Source of the DNA: a virus
Length of the DNA stretch: 64,000 nt
Direction: 5' to 3' (one strand)
Virus record (IMG/VR): IMGVR_UViG_3300045988_176106
This document shows, piece after piece, positions 8,216 through 15,753 of this stretch (position 1 is the stretch's first letter; every line of letters starts with the position of its first letter). Below the pieces are notes generated by a model. The model searched no databases. It had not been told where the DNA came from and was given only the letters and a program-made list of their open reading frames with translations. The position numbers were made by a program, and so were the translations under genes.

Positions 8216-8765
8216 AGTCAGGGGTACCCTGAGGTTGAGCTATAAGTGAATCGGCGAGTTAGGAGGGCCTATCACATTCAATGAACACATCTAGGATATA
8301 GCTCTTTATCCTAGAAGGGCCGATATAGTACCTCGGCAAGGTTTACGCGACCCGACAGCCCTTAGCATTTTGCTATTGGCAGTCTAGGGCATTTGCTACT
8401 ATCCAATAAGTATAGTAGTTTAACGACATTAGCATCCAATACCCATTTAACGATTGCTAATTGGTCGTATGGCTCAGGGTAGGAGACGGACCCATTATTG
8501 CCATAAATGCTATTTTGGGTCAACCCATAGCTGGATTTCTAGGACTACCCGGGTTTTACAACTACATTGAACTTATCCTAGCTCATCCAAATATAGTTGA
8601 TTTAATAGCACGTCTTAAGACGTACTACATAAATTTGTTTTCATCAGGCCGTCTTTCCGTTGCTGATGAACCAAATAGCAATTAATACAAATTGCTATGC
8701 TGTCAAGAAAGGACAATGGTATGCACCATTAATAAGGTTAAGCACCTTAGAGCTGCGGGGGAGAA
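8216..8765 (-). ncRNA. Candidate large structured RNA of unknown class (boundaries approximate)
   Basis: No credible ORF, and G+C visibly higher than the flanks. At least 13 local helices of 5-9 bp on the minus strand, e.g. 8715-8730, 8675-8698, 8640-8670, 8606-8627 (contains a G-U that is C-A on the plus strand), 8532-8589, 8468-8505, 8429-8460, 8396-8418, 8358-8390, 8291-8314, 8218-8232. Confidence 0.45.
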
Positions 8766-8866
8766 ATAATAAAATTATAAAGGAGTAAACACATTCAGAA
8801 ACCTTAAATTCTATGGAAGTCGCCACAAAATTCGATTCTTAAGGTATTTAAAACTTATGCAAAAAG

Positions 8867-8880
8867 TCGGTATATACCGA
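8867..8880 (-). terminator. Hairpin plus U-run ending the tmRNA transcription unit
   Basis: TCGGTATATACCGA followed on the minus strand by CTTTTTGC. Confidence 0.5.
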
Positions 8881-9470
8881 TATATGGATAAATTATTTCC
8901 ATGAAAAATATGCTTGTTTAAATTTCACTAGTTGGTAACTAGGTATGCCCAAACATATTTACTCTTTTATAATTGCTGGTTACGATTCCAGCTCTACCCA
9001 ATCGTAGACGATTACGAAACTTACTGAAGCACTAGCCGCAGTGTTAGAATTCTCGGACAGTTTCTGTTACCAGGTACTGTCCAAACCCTGTACATTTATG
9101 CTCAACTACCTAAATTAGGCAGCGGCGCGTACCATGTAAACATTATCGTTTGCATTTATTTTAAATTTTGCTTTTACGAAGCAACTCGTGCCGAGTAATT
9201 ATCCCTATTCATCGCTTGTCGAATTCCAATACAGCCCCATCAGAAGACATCTCATAAGACATTTTAACTCAATCACGATAACGTAATTAGGTTAAAAATA
9301 AACTGTATGGAATCGCTAACTCTTTTCAGAGTATAAATATCTTCGAAATGTCTTTTGGTGGAGCTGGCGGGAGTCGAACCCGCGTCCAAACAATCTTAAT
9401 GAATAACACCTTTACGGCAATTAATGAGCAAAAACTCATTAAGAAGTGTATACAATTATACTTTGGCCCA
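8881..9470 (-). ncRNA. ssrA: Circularly permuted (two-piece type) tmRNA gene: acceptor piece ~9356-9425+, intervening segment 9239-9355, coding piece from 9238 downward
   Basis: Minus strand 9387->9356 reads GGACGCGGGTTCGACTCCCGCCAGCTCCACCA (T-arm, acceptor 3' strand, CCA). 9238->9218 reads GGGGCTGTATTGGAATTCGAC (tmRNA 5' end, with GGGGCUG/CAGCUCC pairing including G3-U). P2-type pairing joins 9189-9219 with 9390-9419. A PK1-like pseudoknot and a tag ORF follow. Outer boundaries are uncertain. Confidence 0.8.
9115..9153 (-). other. tmRNA tag reading frame: ANDNVYMVRAAA*
   Basis: Resume codon GCA at 9153-9151 is preceded by AAAUAAAU. The frame reads GCA AAC GAT AAT GTT TAC ATG GTA CGC GCC GCT GCC TAA, and the stop lies in the loop of a CUGCC/GGUAG hairpin, as in known tmRNAs. 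Confidence 0.7.
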
Positions 9471-9600
9471 GTTAAAAAAAGTCGTTTGATATATCCGATG
9501 CATGATTACATGCTTATTGAGCTATTAAGAGTATACACTTTTTAATAAATTTTTACACAAAAATATTCATTTATATTTCAATGTGTTACAAGATTTTGTT

Positions 9601-9655
9601 TTTGTATGCATCATTTATACCAAATGTAAACCCGATATAAATAGATGCATACAAA
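9601..9655. repeat. Long inverted repeat (12 + 7 bp)
   Basis: TTTGTATGCATC (9601-9612) / GATGCATACAAA (9644-9655) is perfect, with an inner ATTTATA/TATAAAT pair. A T-run follows on the plus strand. Lies between 9696..10037 and the tmRNA gene. Confidence 0.7.
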
Positions 9656-9695
9656 TTTTGATTACTTTTTACATCAATTGATGCAATTTAAAGCA

Positions 9696-10037
9696 TCAAT
9701 TTTCGTAATGAACACGTTGGTTTTTGTCCGGATACCATGCACCGCCTTTTGGATATACAACCCAAAATTCACGTGCAGAATCACGCACTGCAAACCGTTT
9801 TGTTCCGATTTGAACAACCGAAACAATCTTACGTGTCAAAATTTCGTCACCAACGCCTTTACCTGTGCATTTTTCATACGCACCGGTAGGACCAAATTGA
9901 TCCATAACAGGCTTGATATCAATGATCAAATCATCACCAACTTTAGGCACTTTAATGCCATTGAATTTAGGTTTGGAATTAGATTTGTGGTCAAAGGCAC
10001 GTCGAACGTGTGCTTTGGCCTTTTTAGTTTGAGTCAT
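9696..10037 (-). CDS. Hypothetical protein
   Basis: Start re-called at ATG 10037 (MTQTKKAKAHV...), 113 aa. The upstream part of the track ORF is low-complexity F/L-rich. Confidence 0.65.
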   Translation of the reverse strand: MTQTKKAKAHVRRAFDHKSNSKPKFNGIKVPKVGDDLIIDIKPVMDQFGPTGAYEKCTGKGVGDEILTRKIVSVVQIGTKRFAVRDSAREFWVVYPKGGAWYPDKNQRVHYEN

Positions 10038-10192
10038 TTTAAATAAATAAACTTTCAAAAAAAAGAAATGGAAGTGTACGTTTTTAAGGAAAACGCACAA
10101 ACCTATCTACCGGAAATCTAAAATGGAAACTACTCATACCAACGATGTGGCGTTAGTCCATTTTGTTGTTTTTTTTGCACTTGCGATCTGTT

Positions 10193-10714
10193 TTAGTGTA
10201 CGATATCATTATCAGCTTTATCAAGACTGATAAGATTACCATCTGCATCAATAGCAAAAGATTTAATTTCTACACGATCGCCAAAAAGACCTTTTAATTG
10301 AGACATACATTCCTGAACTTCTTGAGGAACAGTCGCAACCGGAATATTGCCTTTATCTTCATTTTTGGATTCGACACTATTAGCTTTTTCAGCTTCATTA
10401 AGTGCCTGTTTAAACAAATCAAATTCACTTTGTTTTACCGGAATCTCTGTAATGATTTCGGCAATACAAAGGTCTTTAAGAGGCGGAGTATTACCAATAC
10501 CTTTTGATGAAACACGATCAGTGGATTCACCATACATATTCCATGCTACAGGAATCTTACCATGAGTTTTTGAATAAACAAAGCCAATTGCCATAGCAAC
10601 TTTGCCATCTGAAAGAATAGATCCAATGACACCTTTGTTACCAGTATGAGTAACAATTTCCAAAGGCATATATTTATTCATGCCTACGCTTAATTGAATT
10701 TTTTGTGCTTCCAT
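10193..10714 (-). CDS. Hypothetical protein
   Basis: 173 aa ORF with an AAGGG Shine-Dalgarno upstream. Confidence 0.75.
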   Translation of the reverse strand: MEAQKIQLSVGMNKYMPLEIVTHTGNKGVIGSILSDGKVAMAIGFVYSKTHGKIPVAWNMYGESTDRVSSKGIGNTPPLKDLCIAEIITEIPVKQSEFDLFKQALNEAEKANSVESKNEDKGNIPVATVPQEVQECMSQLKGLFGDRVEIKSFAIDADGNLISLDKADNDIVH

Positions 10715-10727
10715 TTTAAAGCCCTTT

Positions 10728-10982
10728 CTAAATTAAATTGAAATTAGACTTAATAAAGTCTATGGCGCGACCGCCATTTAAAGAATACAAAACTTTTCTA
10801 AGCTGTATGTCATTTGGACATAGCTTATCAATTTTAAATTCAATATAGAATGCACTACCCAAGGTAAAGTATTCTAATTGATGTTTTTTAATCTTTTCCA
10901 TAAAAGCTTTAAATTCTTTATAGCTTATATTTCCAAGCATAGGATTGTAACTTCTTGGGAAAGACCAAATTTTAAATGCCAT
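10728..10982 (-). CDS. Hypothetical protein
   Basis: Start re-called at ATG 10982 (MAFKIW...), which has GGAG 6-9 nt upstream. 84 aa. Confidence 0.7.
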   Translation of the reverse strand: MAFKIWSFPRSYNPMLGNISYKEFKAFMEKIKKHQLEYFTLGSAFYIEFKIDKLCPNDIQLRKVLYSLNGGRAIDFIKSNFNLI

Positions 10983-11006
10983 TTTAGTCTCCAATAATAT
11001 AGCATT

Positions 11007-11336
11007 TTATTCAGAAACAACGGAAATAATAAATTCTGGCGTATAGCCAATATACTTATTACAGTTTCCAACATTCATTACAGTATCAAATTTATGGACC
11101 CGTTGACATGTTGTTAAAACATTAGTTTCCGGGTCTTCTACGGTCAAAGATTTTATATAAGCATCTATTGATTCTTTATGATGCTTAATATACAAATCAC
11201 GATCTTTAGAAGATTCAAACAAGAGCCATTCAATATCTTCACTAATAGGATCAAAATTTACAAGAGTGAAAATACGAACAGCATATACCGGAGCATTTTC
11301 ATTATACTCTGATAACTTTTTAAAGATAAATTTCAT
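11007..11336 (-). CDS. Hypothetical protein
   Basis: The track start (TTG 11378) lies inside the stem-loop. Re-called at ATG 11336 (MKFIFKKLSEY...), 109 aa. Confidence 0.7.
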   Translation of the reverse strand: MKFIFKKLSEYNENAPVYAVRIFTLVNFDPISEDIEWLLFESSKDRDLYIKHHKESIDAYIKSLTVEDPETNVLTTCQRVHKFDTVMNVGNCNKYIGYTPEFIISVVSE

Positions 11337-11368
11337 AATAAAGATTCCAAAAAAATAGCCAATAAAAA

Positions 11369-11388
11369 ATCGACACAAAAGTGCCGAT
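11369..11388 (-). terminator. Conserved stem-loop family copy
   Basis: Plus strand AAAAAATCGACAC-aaaa-GTGCCGATT. Minus RNA AUCGGCAC/GUGUCGAU (one G-U) plus a U-run. Lies just after the stop of 11396..11836. Confidence 0.65.
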
Positions 11389-11395
11389 TTTAAAA

Positions 11396-11836
11396 TTAAT
11401 TAGACACAATTTCAAGATTCTTTAATATGCCTTTATTAACAATTTTAAGAGTACCAACAATACTGAAAATATACTCACCATCAGCAGTTTTGCCAACTAC
11501 ATAACATTTAAATTTATGGCTATCCCATTGAACAGGAAGCTTTTCTTTAAAAGCCTTCTCAAGTATATTAGTATTAACTGCAGACCAAAGAAATTCTTCT
11601 TCAACAATATCTTTGATTTCAAAAGCATCATGTTGAAGATTTTTACCATCTTCTGTCCAATATATCATAGACCATCTATTAGATTCTTTATTGAATCTGT
11701 ATCCATGAATAACATAATCTTTTTCACAAATATATGGGAAATTTTTTAAATTACAGGTAACTACAGCATAATCGCCATTTTTAAGTAAAACTGTTTGTCC
11801 TACTTTTATATTTGATAAATCAAGTTGTTCTTTCAT
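11396..11836 (-). CDS. Hypothetical protein
   Basis: 146 aa ORF. The antisense ORF 11516..11749 is rejected. Confidence 0.75.
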   Translation of the reverse strand: MKEQLDLSNIKVGQTVLLKNGDYAVVTCNLKNFPYICEKDYVIHGYRFNKESNRWSMIYWTEDGKNLQHDAFEIKDIVEEEFLWSAVNTNILEKAFKEKLPVQWDSHKFKCYVVGKTADGEYIFSIVGTLKIVNKGILKNLEIVSN

Positions 11837-11883
11837 TTTACATCTTTCTAGAAAAGATTAATAAAAATTTAATCAAAAAATAA

Positions 11884-11902
11884 TCGACACATAAAGTGCC
11901 GA
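11884..11902 (-). terminator. Conserved stem-loop family copy
   Basis: AAAAAATAATCGACAC-ataaa-GTGCCGAC, after the stop of 11917..12252. Confidence 0.65.
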
Positions 11903-11916
11903 CTACTATTAAACAA

Positions 11917-12252
11917 TTATTCAGATGCCTTTTTATCAGGCAATTGTTCCAATGCTGTAATTGCGCGATTATTTTTAACACCAACAGCCTTAGACATCTC
12001 AATAGAATGATTGATATGCTGGAATTGCATATCTTCAAAATGAGATTTGTCAATCAGACGGCATAAAGCTTTTGCTTCTTTGCCGGGAACCATATCATTA
12101 ACGCATTCTCGATAGATCATTTTATCATGATCAAGATATGACTCAATCCAATAATTTGAATTGATGTACATACGATTTACAGAATCATCCTTATAAGGAT
12201 TACATGCTGTCAGAGCCAAAGATGCGGCAATTACAATAGCAAATTTTTTCAT
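11917..12252 (-). CDS. Lipoprotein
   Basis: 111 aa. MKKFAIVIAASLALTAC has a signal peptide and an L-T-A-C lipobox. Confidence 0.8.
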   Translation of the reverse strand: MKKFAIVIAASLALTACNPYKDDSVNRMYINSNYWIESYLDHDKMIYRECVNDMVPGKEAKALCRLIDKSHFEDMQFQHINHSIEMSKAVGVKNNRAITALEQLPDKKASE

Positions 12253-12263
12253 TCAAGTCTCCA

Positions 12264-12572
12264 TTATTTGCAAGGTTCATTAAAATTAAGTACAGTATAT
12301 TCTCTTCCGAATTGCTGTACAAAAAGAATTTGTTTGCCATCAATACAAACATTTGTGGCTGTAAATTTATAGCCATCAATAGAGAATTGTGTCTTTGTCC
12401 CTACCAAATGTTTAGTGACGTTTTCAATTTTTACAGGATTATCAATTTTAGGTTTTTTACTTTGCGAATTAGAAGCAAGATAAAACAACAAAATTAAAAA
12501 CCCAATTACTGTTACTACAATACCTACAACAGGACCGATAATATCGCACATAAACTTTTTAAATTTAGACAT
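12264..12572 (-). CDS. Membrane-anchored protein
   Basis: 102 aa. GGAGG Shine-Dalgarno. N-terminal TM IIGPVVGIVVTVIGFLILLFYL. Confidence 0.8.
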   Translation of the reverse strand: MSKFKKFMCDIIGPVVGIVVTVIGFLILLFYLASNSQSKKPKIDNPVKIENVTKHLVGTKTQFSIDGYKFTATNVCIDGKQILFVQQFGREYTVLNFNEPCK

Positions 12573-12610
12573 AGTACACCTCCAATAAAAATAGTTTTAA
12601 TCAAAAAATA

Positions 12611-12630
12611 TTCGACACTATTGTGCCGAA
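12611..12630 (-). terminator. Conserved stem-loop family copy
   Basis: AAAAAATATTCGACAC-tatt-GTGCCGAA, after the stop of 12641..13069. Confidence 0.65.
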
Positions 12631-12640
12631 CATTTTAAAA

Positions 12641-13069
12641 TCAAAACATTGATTTAGGATAGATAGAAAAGTTAAATGATTTAAACTTTTCAAATTCATT
12701 ATGGATGCGACAAAGAATCCAATAAAAGTGTCTTAAACGGCCTTTAGCATTCTTTGAAATATTTTCGCTAGACATAAGGGCTTTTAAATCACATTTTGGA
12801 ATAGGATTATTATTGTCAATACCAAAATATTCAATCATTTTCAAAGATTGGAAATACATACGAATGTTAAAATAATATTTCCTAAATCTATCTGTGATAT
12901 GCATATAATTTGGATTGGGATTAATTAAGTCTGCAGGACTATAATAAACCTTACCAGAGATTTCTTTTTGCTGAGCAAATATAGCATTACCTGTCTTAAT
13001 ATCAGATAAAAATTCTTCATAATTTTGAATATTCAAACGATAGAAATAATTAAATTTTTCAATATTCAT
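12641..13069 (-). CDS. Hypothetical protein
   Basis: 142 aa ORF abutting the upstream gene. Confidence 0.75.
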   Translation of the reverse strand: MNIEKFNYFYRLNIQNYEEFLSDIKTGNAIFAQQKEISGKVYYSPADLINPNPNYMHITDRFRKYYFNIRMYFQSLKMIEYFGIDNNNPIPKCDLKALMSSENISKNAKGRLRHFYWILCRIHNEFEKFKSFNFSIYPKSMF

Positions 13070-13071
13070 TT

Positions 13072-13575
13072 TTATTTGCCTTTCTTAAAATGGGGCCTTA
13101 GATGCTTTTTCATAACAAGGCGAGCCTCATTATCTTTCTTACAAGAAGTCCATTTCCAGTTCCAATCAATTTTACTTTTACGAATAATTTTAACAATACC
13201 CGTCGCAGAAATTGATCCGTAGTGAACTTTAATACCTTGAAAATCTAAATCTTTGGCCATAACTATTTTTAATGGATCCATATAGTAGATTTTACCTTTA
13301 TATTTAAACCTAACCATAATATGATCCCAATTGGTATAATTGATAAGTGATAAAACATTATCATCTGTAAGTTTAAGTTTACGAATCTTAAACTCATCAC
13401 AATAATGATTTCCAACATACCATGTTATTACAACACCTACATTTGAAACGCCTTTTATTTTTAGAAGAAGCTTATAAATAGTGAAGGCAGATTTTCCACA
13501 TCCTCCCTGATTTATAAAATAAAATCTTTCTAACATCTTTTTATTCATTTCTTTGATAGTTTCAATCAAATCCAT
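13072..13575 (-). CDS. Possible papain-fold (C39-like) cysteine peptidase
   Basis: Start re-called at ATG 13575 (MDLIETIKE..., GGAG upstream), 167 aa. NQGGCGKSAFTIY and NWDHIMVRF resemble the Q-x-x-x-CG...H dyad context. The assignment is weak. Confidence 0.4.
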   Translation of the reverse strand: MDLIETIKEMNKKMLERFYFINQGGCGKSAFTIYKLLLKIKGVSNVGVVITWYVGNHYCDEFKIRKLKLTDDNVLSLINYTNWDHIMVRFKYKGKIYYMDPLKIVMAKDLDFQGIKVHYGSISATGIVKIIRKSKIDWNWKWTSCKKDNEARLVMKKHLRPHFKKGK

Positions 13576-13606
13576 GATAGACTCCAAAAATATTTTAATC
13601 AAAAAG

Positions 13607-13628
13607 AAATCGACACTAAGGTCGATTT
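13607..13628 (-). terminator. Conserved stem-loop family copy (variant 3' half)
   Basis: AAATCGAC-actaag-GTCGATTT, a perfect 8-bp stem, after the stop of 13681..13923. Confidence 0.6.
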
Positions 13629-13680
13629 CCAAAAAACTTTAAGATCAAAATATAAATGATATGTCATCAATGAGAAATTA

Positions 13681-13923
13681 TCATTTAGAAATTTTTGACA
13701 AGCTGCCATCCATAACAGCTTTAACGATACCAAAGGTAACATATCCAAAGATTGCCAATACTGCTAATGTTACGAAAAATTCAAGTACGCCTGGGGCATA
13801 CAAAATAACAAAAACGGAAATGCCAAGAATGGCACAAACTTTAGTAAGAGAGATATTGCCATCTTTCTTATAAAGCAAACGAGCAAGTGCAATAGTTGCT
13901 GCACCAATAAAATACTTTTTCAT
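13681..13923 (-). CDS. Small membrane protein
   Basis: 80 aa, two hydrophobic segments, AAGGTG Shine-Dalgarno. Confidence 0.75.
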   Translation of the reverse strand: MKKYFIGAATIALARLLYKKDGNISLTKVCAILGISVFVILYAPGVLEFFVTLAVLAIFGYVTFGIVKAVMDGSLSKISK

Positions 13924-13987
13924 ATTTTACACCTTAAAAGATGGAAACCAACAATAAATAAAGAATATATAAAGTCATGATAAACCT

Positions 13988-14350
13988 TTATGCAAACTTA
14001 CCAATATTTTTATTAGTAAATTTATTTAGCCAATTGGAAATCTTGAATTTGGGTTCATATTCAACCCATTTATAGGTACCATCTTCTTGCTTTTCGTAAC
14101 GAGCATAACCGTAAACCCGCGCGAGAATGAAAAGAGTAACACCAAAAATCAAACCAGTAGCTGCACCAATTACAAAACCAGACATAGTACCAGAAAAACC
14201 ACAAGCCATACCAATCAGCAATGAAAATGCTAAATCAACATAGGCTTCATATCCTAATACACGTTTTAACAACTTCGGCGATGCTTTAGCCAAAATAGAA
14301 ATAATGGCAACACTAGTAACTAGTGAACCAAATACAATAAGCCCAATCAT
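13988..14350 (-). CDS. Membrane protein
   Basis: 120 aa, three hydrophobic segments. Confidence 0.75.
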   Translation of the reverse strand: MIGLIVFGSLVTSVAIISILAKASPKLLKRVLGYEAYVDLAFSLLIGMACGFSGTMSGFVIGAATGLIFGVTLFILARVYGYARYEKQEDGTYKWVEYEPKFKISNWLNKFTNKNIGKFA

Positions 14351-14353
14351 GAC

Positions 14354-14467
14354 TTACCCTTTCTTTTGTAGTGACAAACCTTTAAGGACAGTAAAAGATA
14401 ACCATCCTAAAAACATAATAACAAACAGTCCAGACATATAGACTGAAATAGCAGTTTCAATTCCCAT
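14354..14467 (-). CDS. Small hydrophobic peptide (37 aa), below the track cutoff
   Basis: Hand translation MGIETAISVYMSGLFVIMFLGWLSFTVLKGLSLQKKG*. AAGGA lies 8 nt upstream, and the stop abuts the next start. Confidence 0.45.
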   Translation of the reverse strand: MGIETAISVYMSGLFVIMFLGWLSFTVLKGLSLQKKG

Positions 14468-14512
14468 ATTTAATCCTTTCTTAAAGTGGATATGGACAAA
14501 ACTTAATCAATA

Positions 14513-14538
14513 AAATATCGACACTAAAGTCGATATTT
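14513..14538 (-). terminator. Conserved stem-loop family copy (variant)
   Basis: AAATATCGAC-actaaa-GTCGATATTT, a perfect 10-bp stem, at the downstream (minus-sense) edge of the 1.2-kb ORF-free region. Confidence 0.6.
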
Positions 14539-14539
14539 A

Positions 14540-15750
14540 AATAAAATATTACAGGAATATACATATGCATATATACCCGCGCCACTTATTTCTCTATTGA
14601 TCAATTGTACATAAAATAAAATATACAATAAAAATAGAACAAACATAAAACAATAAAGCAATAATTAAATCTACACTAATCATAATAAAAAACACCTATA
14701 TAAGAATAAACAAATAAAAATACACTACAGGAGTACATAAATACATATACACCTATATAATAAGAATATACAACAAAGGCTATTCACATAGCCTTATTAC
14801 AATATAGTATTTAATCAATACAGGGATAGTTATACATATATAGTAATAGAAATACATTAATATAGGAATACATCTAGTACTGATTTAAATATCTATTTAG
14901 ATACTTTTTACCTGGTACAGCGATCAAAAATATATGTAATACAAGCCACTCTGTGGCTATAGATGTCAAAATAATTACACCTATATAGATACCAGTACAT
15001 ATTTTATAAATACCCTATTGCATTCTTATACTATATATACTATACTTATATATATTGTTAGAGAGTAGTCCTACTGGAGAGACTATAAACTCCTTAAGTG
15101 CATGGAAAGGCATACATATATTAGAATTTATCCCTTTTTATTCTTTATTTCCTGTATCGCATCAGTGCTTGTAGTATTCTTTTTAAAGGGTTCTTTGTCA
15201 ATGTATATTTATTTATACACTACAGAGATATTATACTTATTAGCGGCGTTTTATATCTAATAGGTGTACTATATAAGCAATGCTTGGTTCCTGAATTGGG
15301 CTGTGAAGCTGTAAGGTTACGTCCCCAGCGACATCACGTGGTGTGATGGGTATTAGCATATATAATATACTTGATGTAATCCCTGATAATATACTATTTC
15401 TTATTGTATATATTAGTATATATACTTAGTGAACAACTTAATTTTTAATTGCATCCTTTAAGTAGGAGCGCCCGCCGTATACTTATTTATAGTATTCGGT
15501 AATTTTGTCGTATCTGTACAATCTGTATTACTAATATTACAACACATGTCCCGCCGGCCCATGTGCTATTTTTATATCTGTCTTATATATACTGTATTGT
15601 ACACACTTATATAAACATACTATTGTATTTAATACGCTTATATATGTAAATAAAATGCAGCCAGTACCTCTTGTATTAAAAAATAGGTACTTCTTGTTGT
15701 AATCATTTATTAGTAAAGGGCTCGCTTACGCTCGCCCAGTATTGTATTAC
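14540..15750. other. 1.2-kb ORF-free, TATA-rich region with scattered GC-rich hairpins and short direct repeats
   Basis: No ORF of 60 aa or more. CACCTATATA x3 (14693, 14750, 14978). TACACTACAG x2 (14721, 15216). TATACTTA x4-5 (15045-15480). Hairpins at 14776-14795, 14944-14958, 15332-15348, 15544-15564. Confidence 0.6.
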
Positions 15751-15753
15751 CTT

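Noticed and set aside
8649-8658. GGAAAGACGG resembling the RNase P RNA CR-I (GAGGAAAGUCCGG)
   Set aside because: The partner P4 strand and the ACAGAA/GGCUUA conserved regions are not found in the right arrangement.
8461-8685. Track ORFs 8461..8685 (+) and 9348..9545 (+) in the RNA cluster
   Set aside because: The first starts at TTG inside the helix-dense region. The second is simply the reverse complement of the tmRNA T-arm/acceptor (MSFGGAGGSRTRVQ = tggtggagctggcgggagtcgaaccc...). Neither has a ribosome-binding site.
9356-9387. tmRNA 3' fragment as a prophage attP remnant
   Set aside because: Many integrative elements carry only the 3' end of ssrA. Here the matching 5' half, the P2 complement, PK1 and a tag ORF are all present 120 nt away, and no integrase is in the window.
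8881-9470. Conventional one-piece tmRNA
   Set aside because: The GGGGCUG 5' end is downstream of the ...CCACCA end on the transcribed strand. No second T-arm/acceptor able to pair with GGGGCUG exists further downstream, and the tRNA-like gene at 8140-8212 has an unrelated acceptor stem.
11337-11378. N-terminal extensions of track ORFs (11378, 13632, 16521, 19812, 20239, 21482, 25503, 26116, 26489, 3839, 10100)
   Set aside because: Most begin at TTG or other alternative codons, translate the conserved stem-loop or U-run into F/L-rich peptides, and have an internal ATG preceded by GGAG/AAGGA. The starts were moved to the internal ATG.
14540-15750. CRISPR array or tRNA cluster in the ORF-free island
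   Set aside because: The repeats are short (8-10 nt), irregularly spaced and not separated by uniform spacers. No T-loop (GTTCRA) or acceptor pairing was found.
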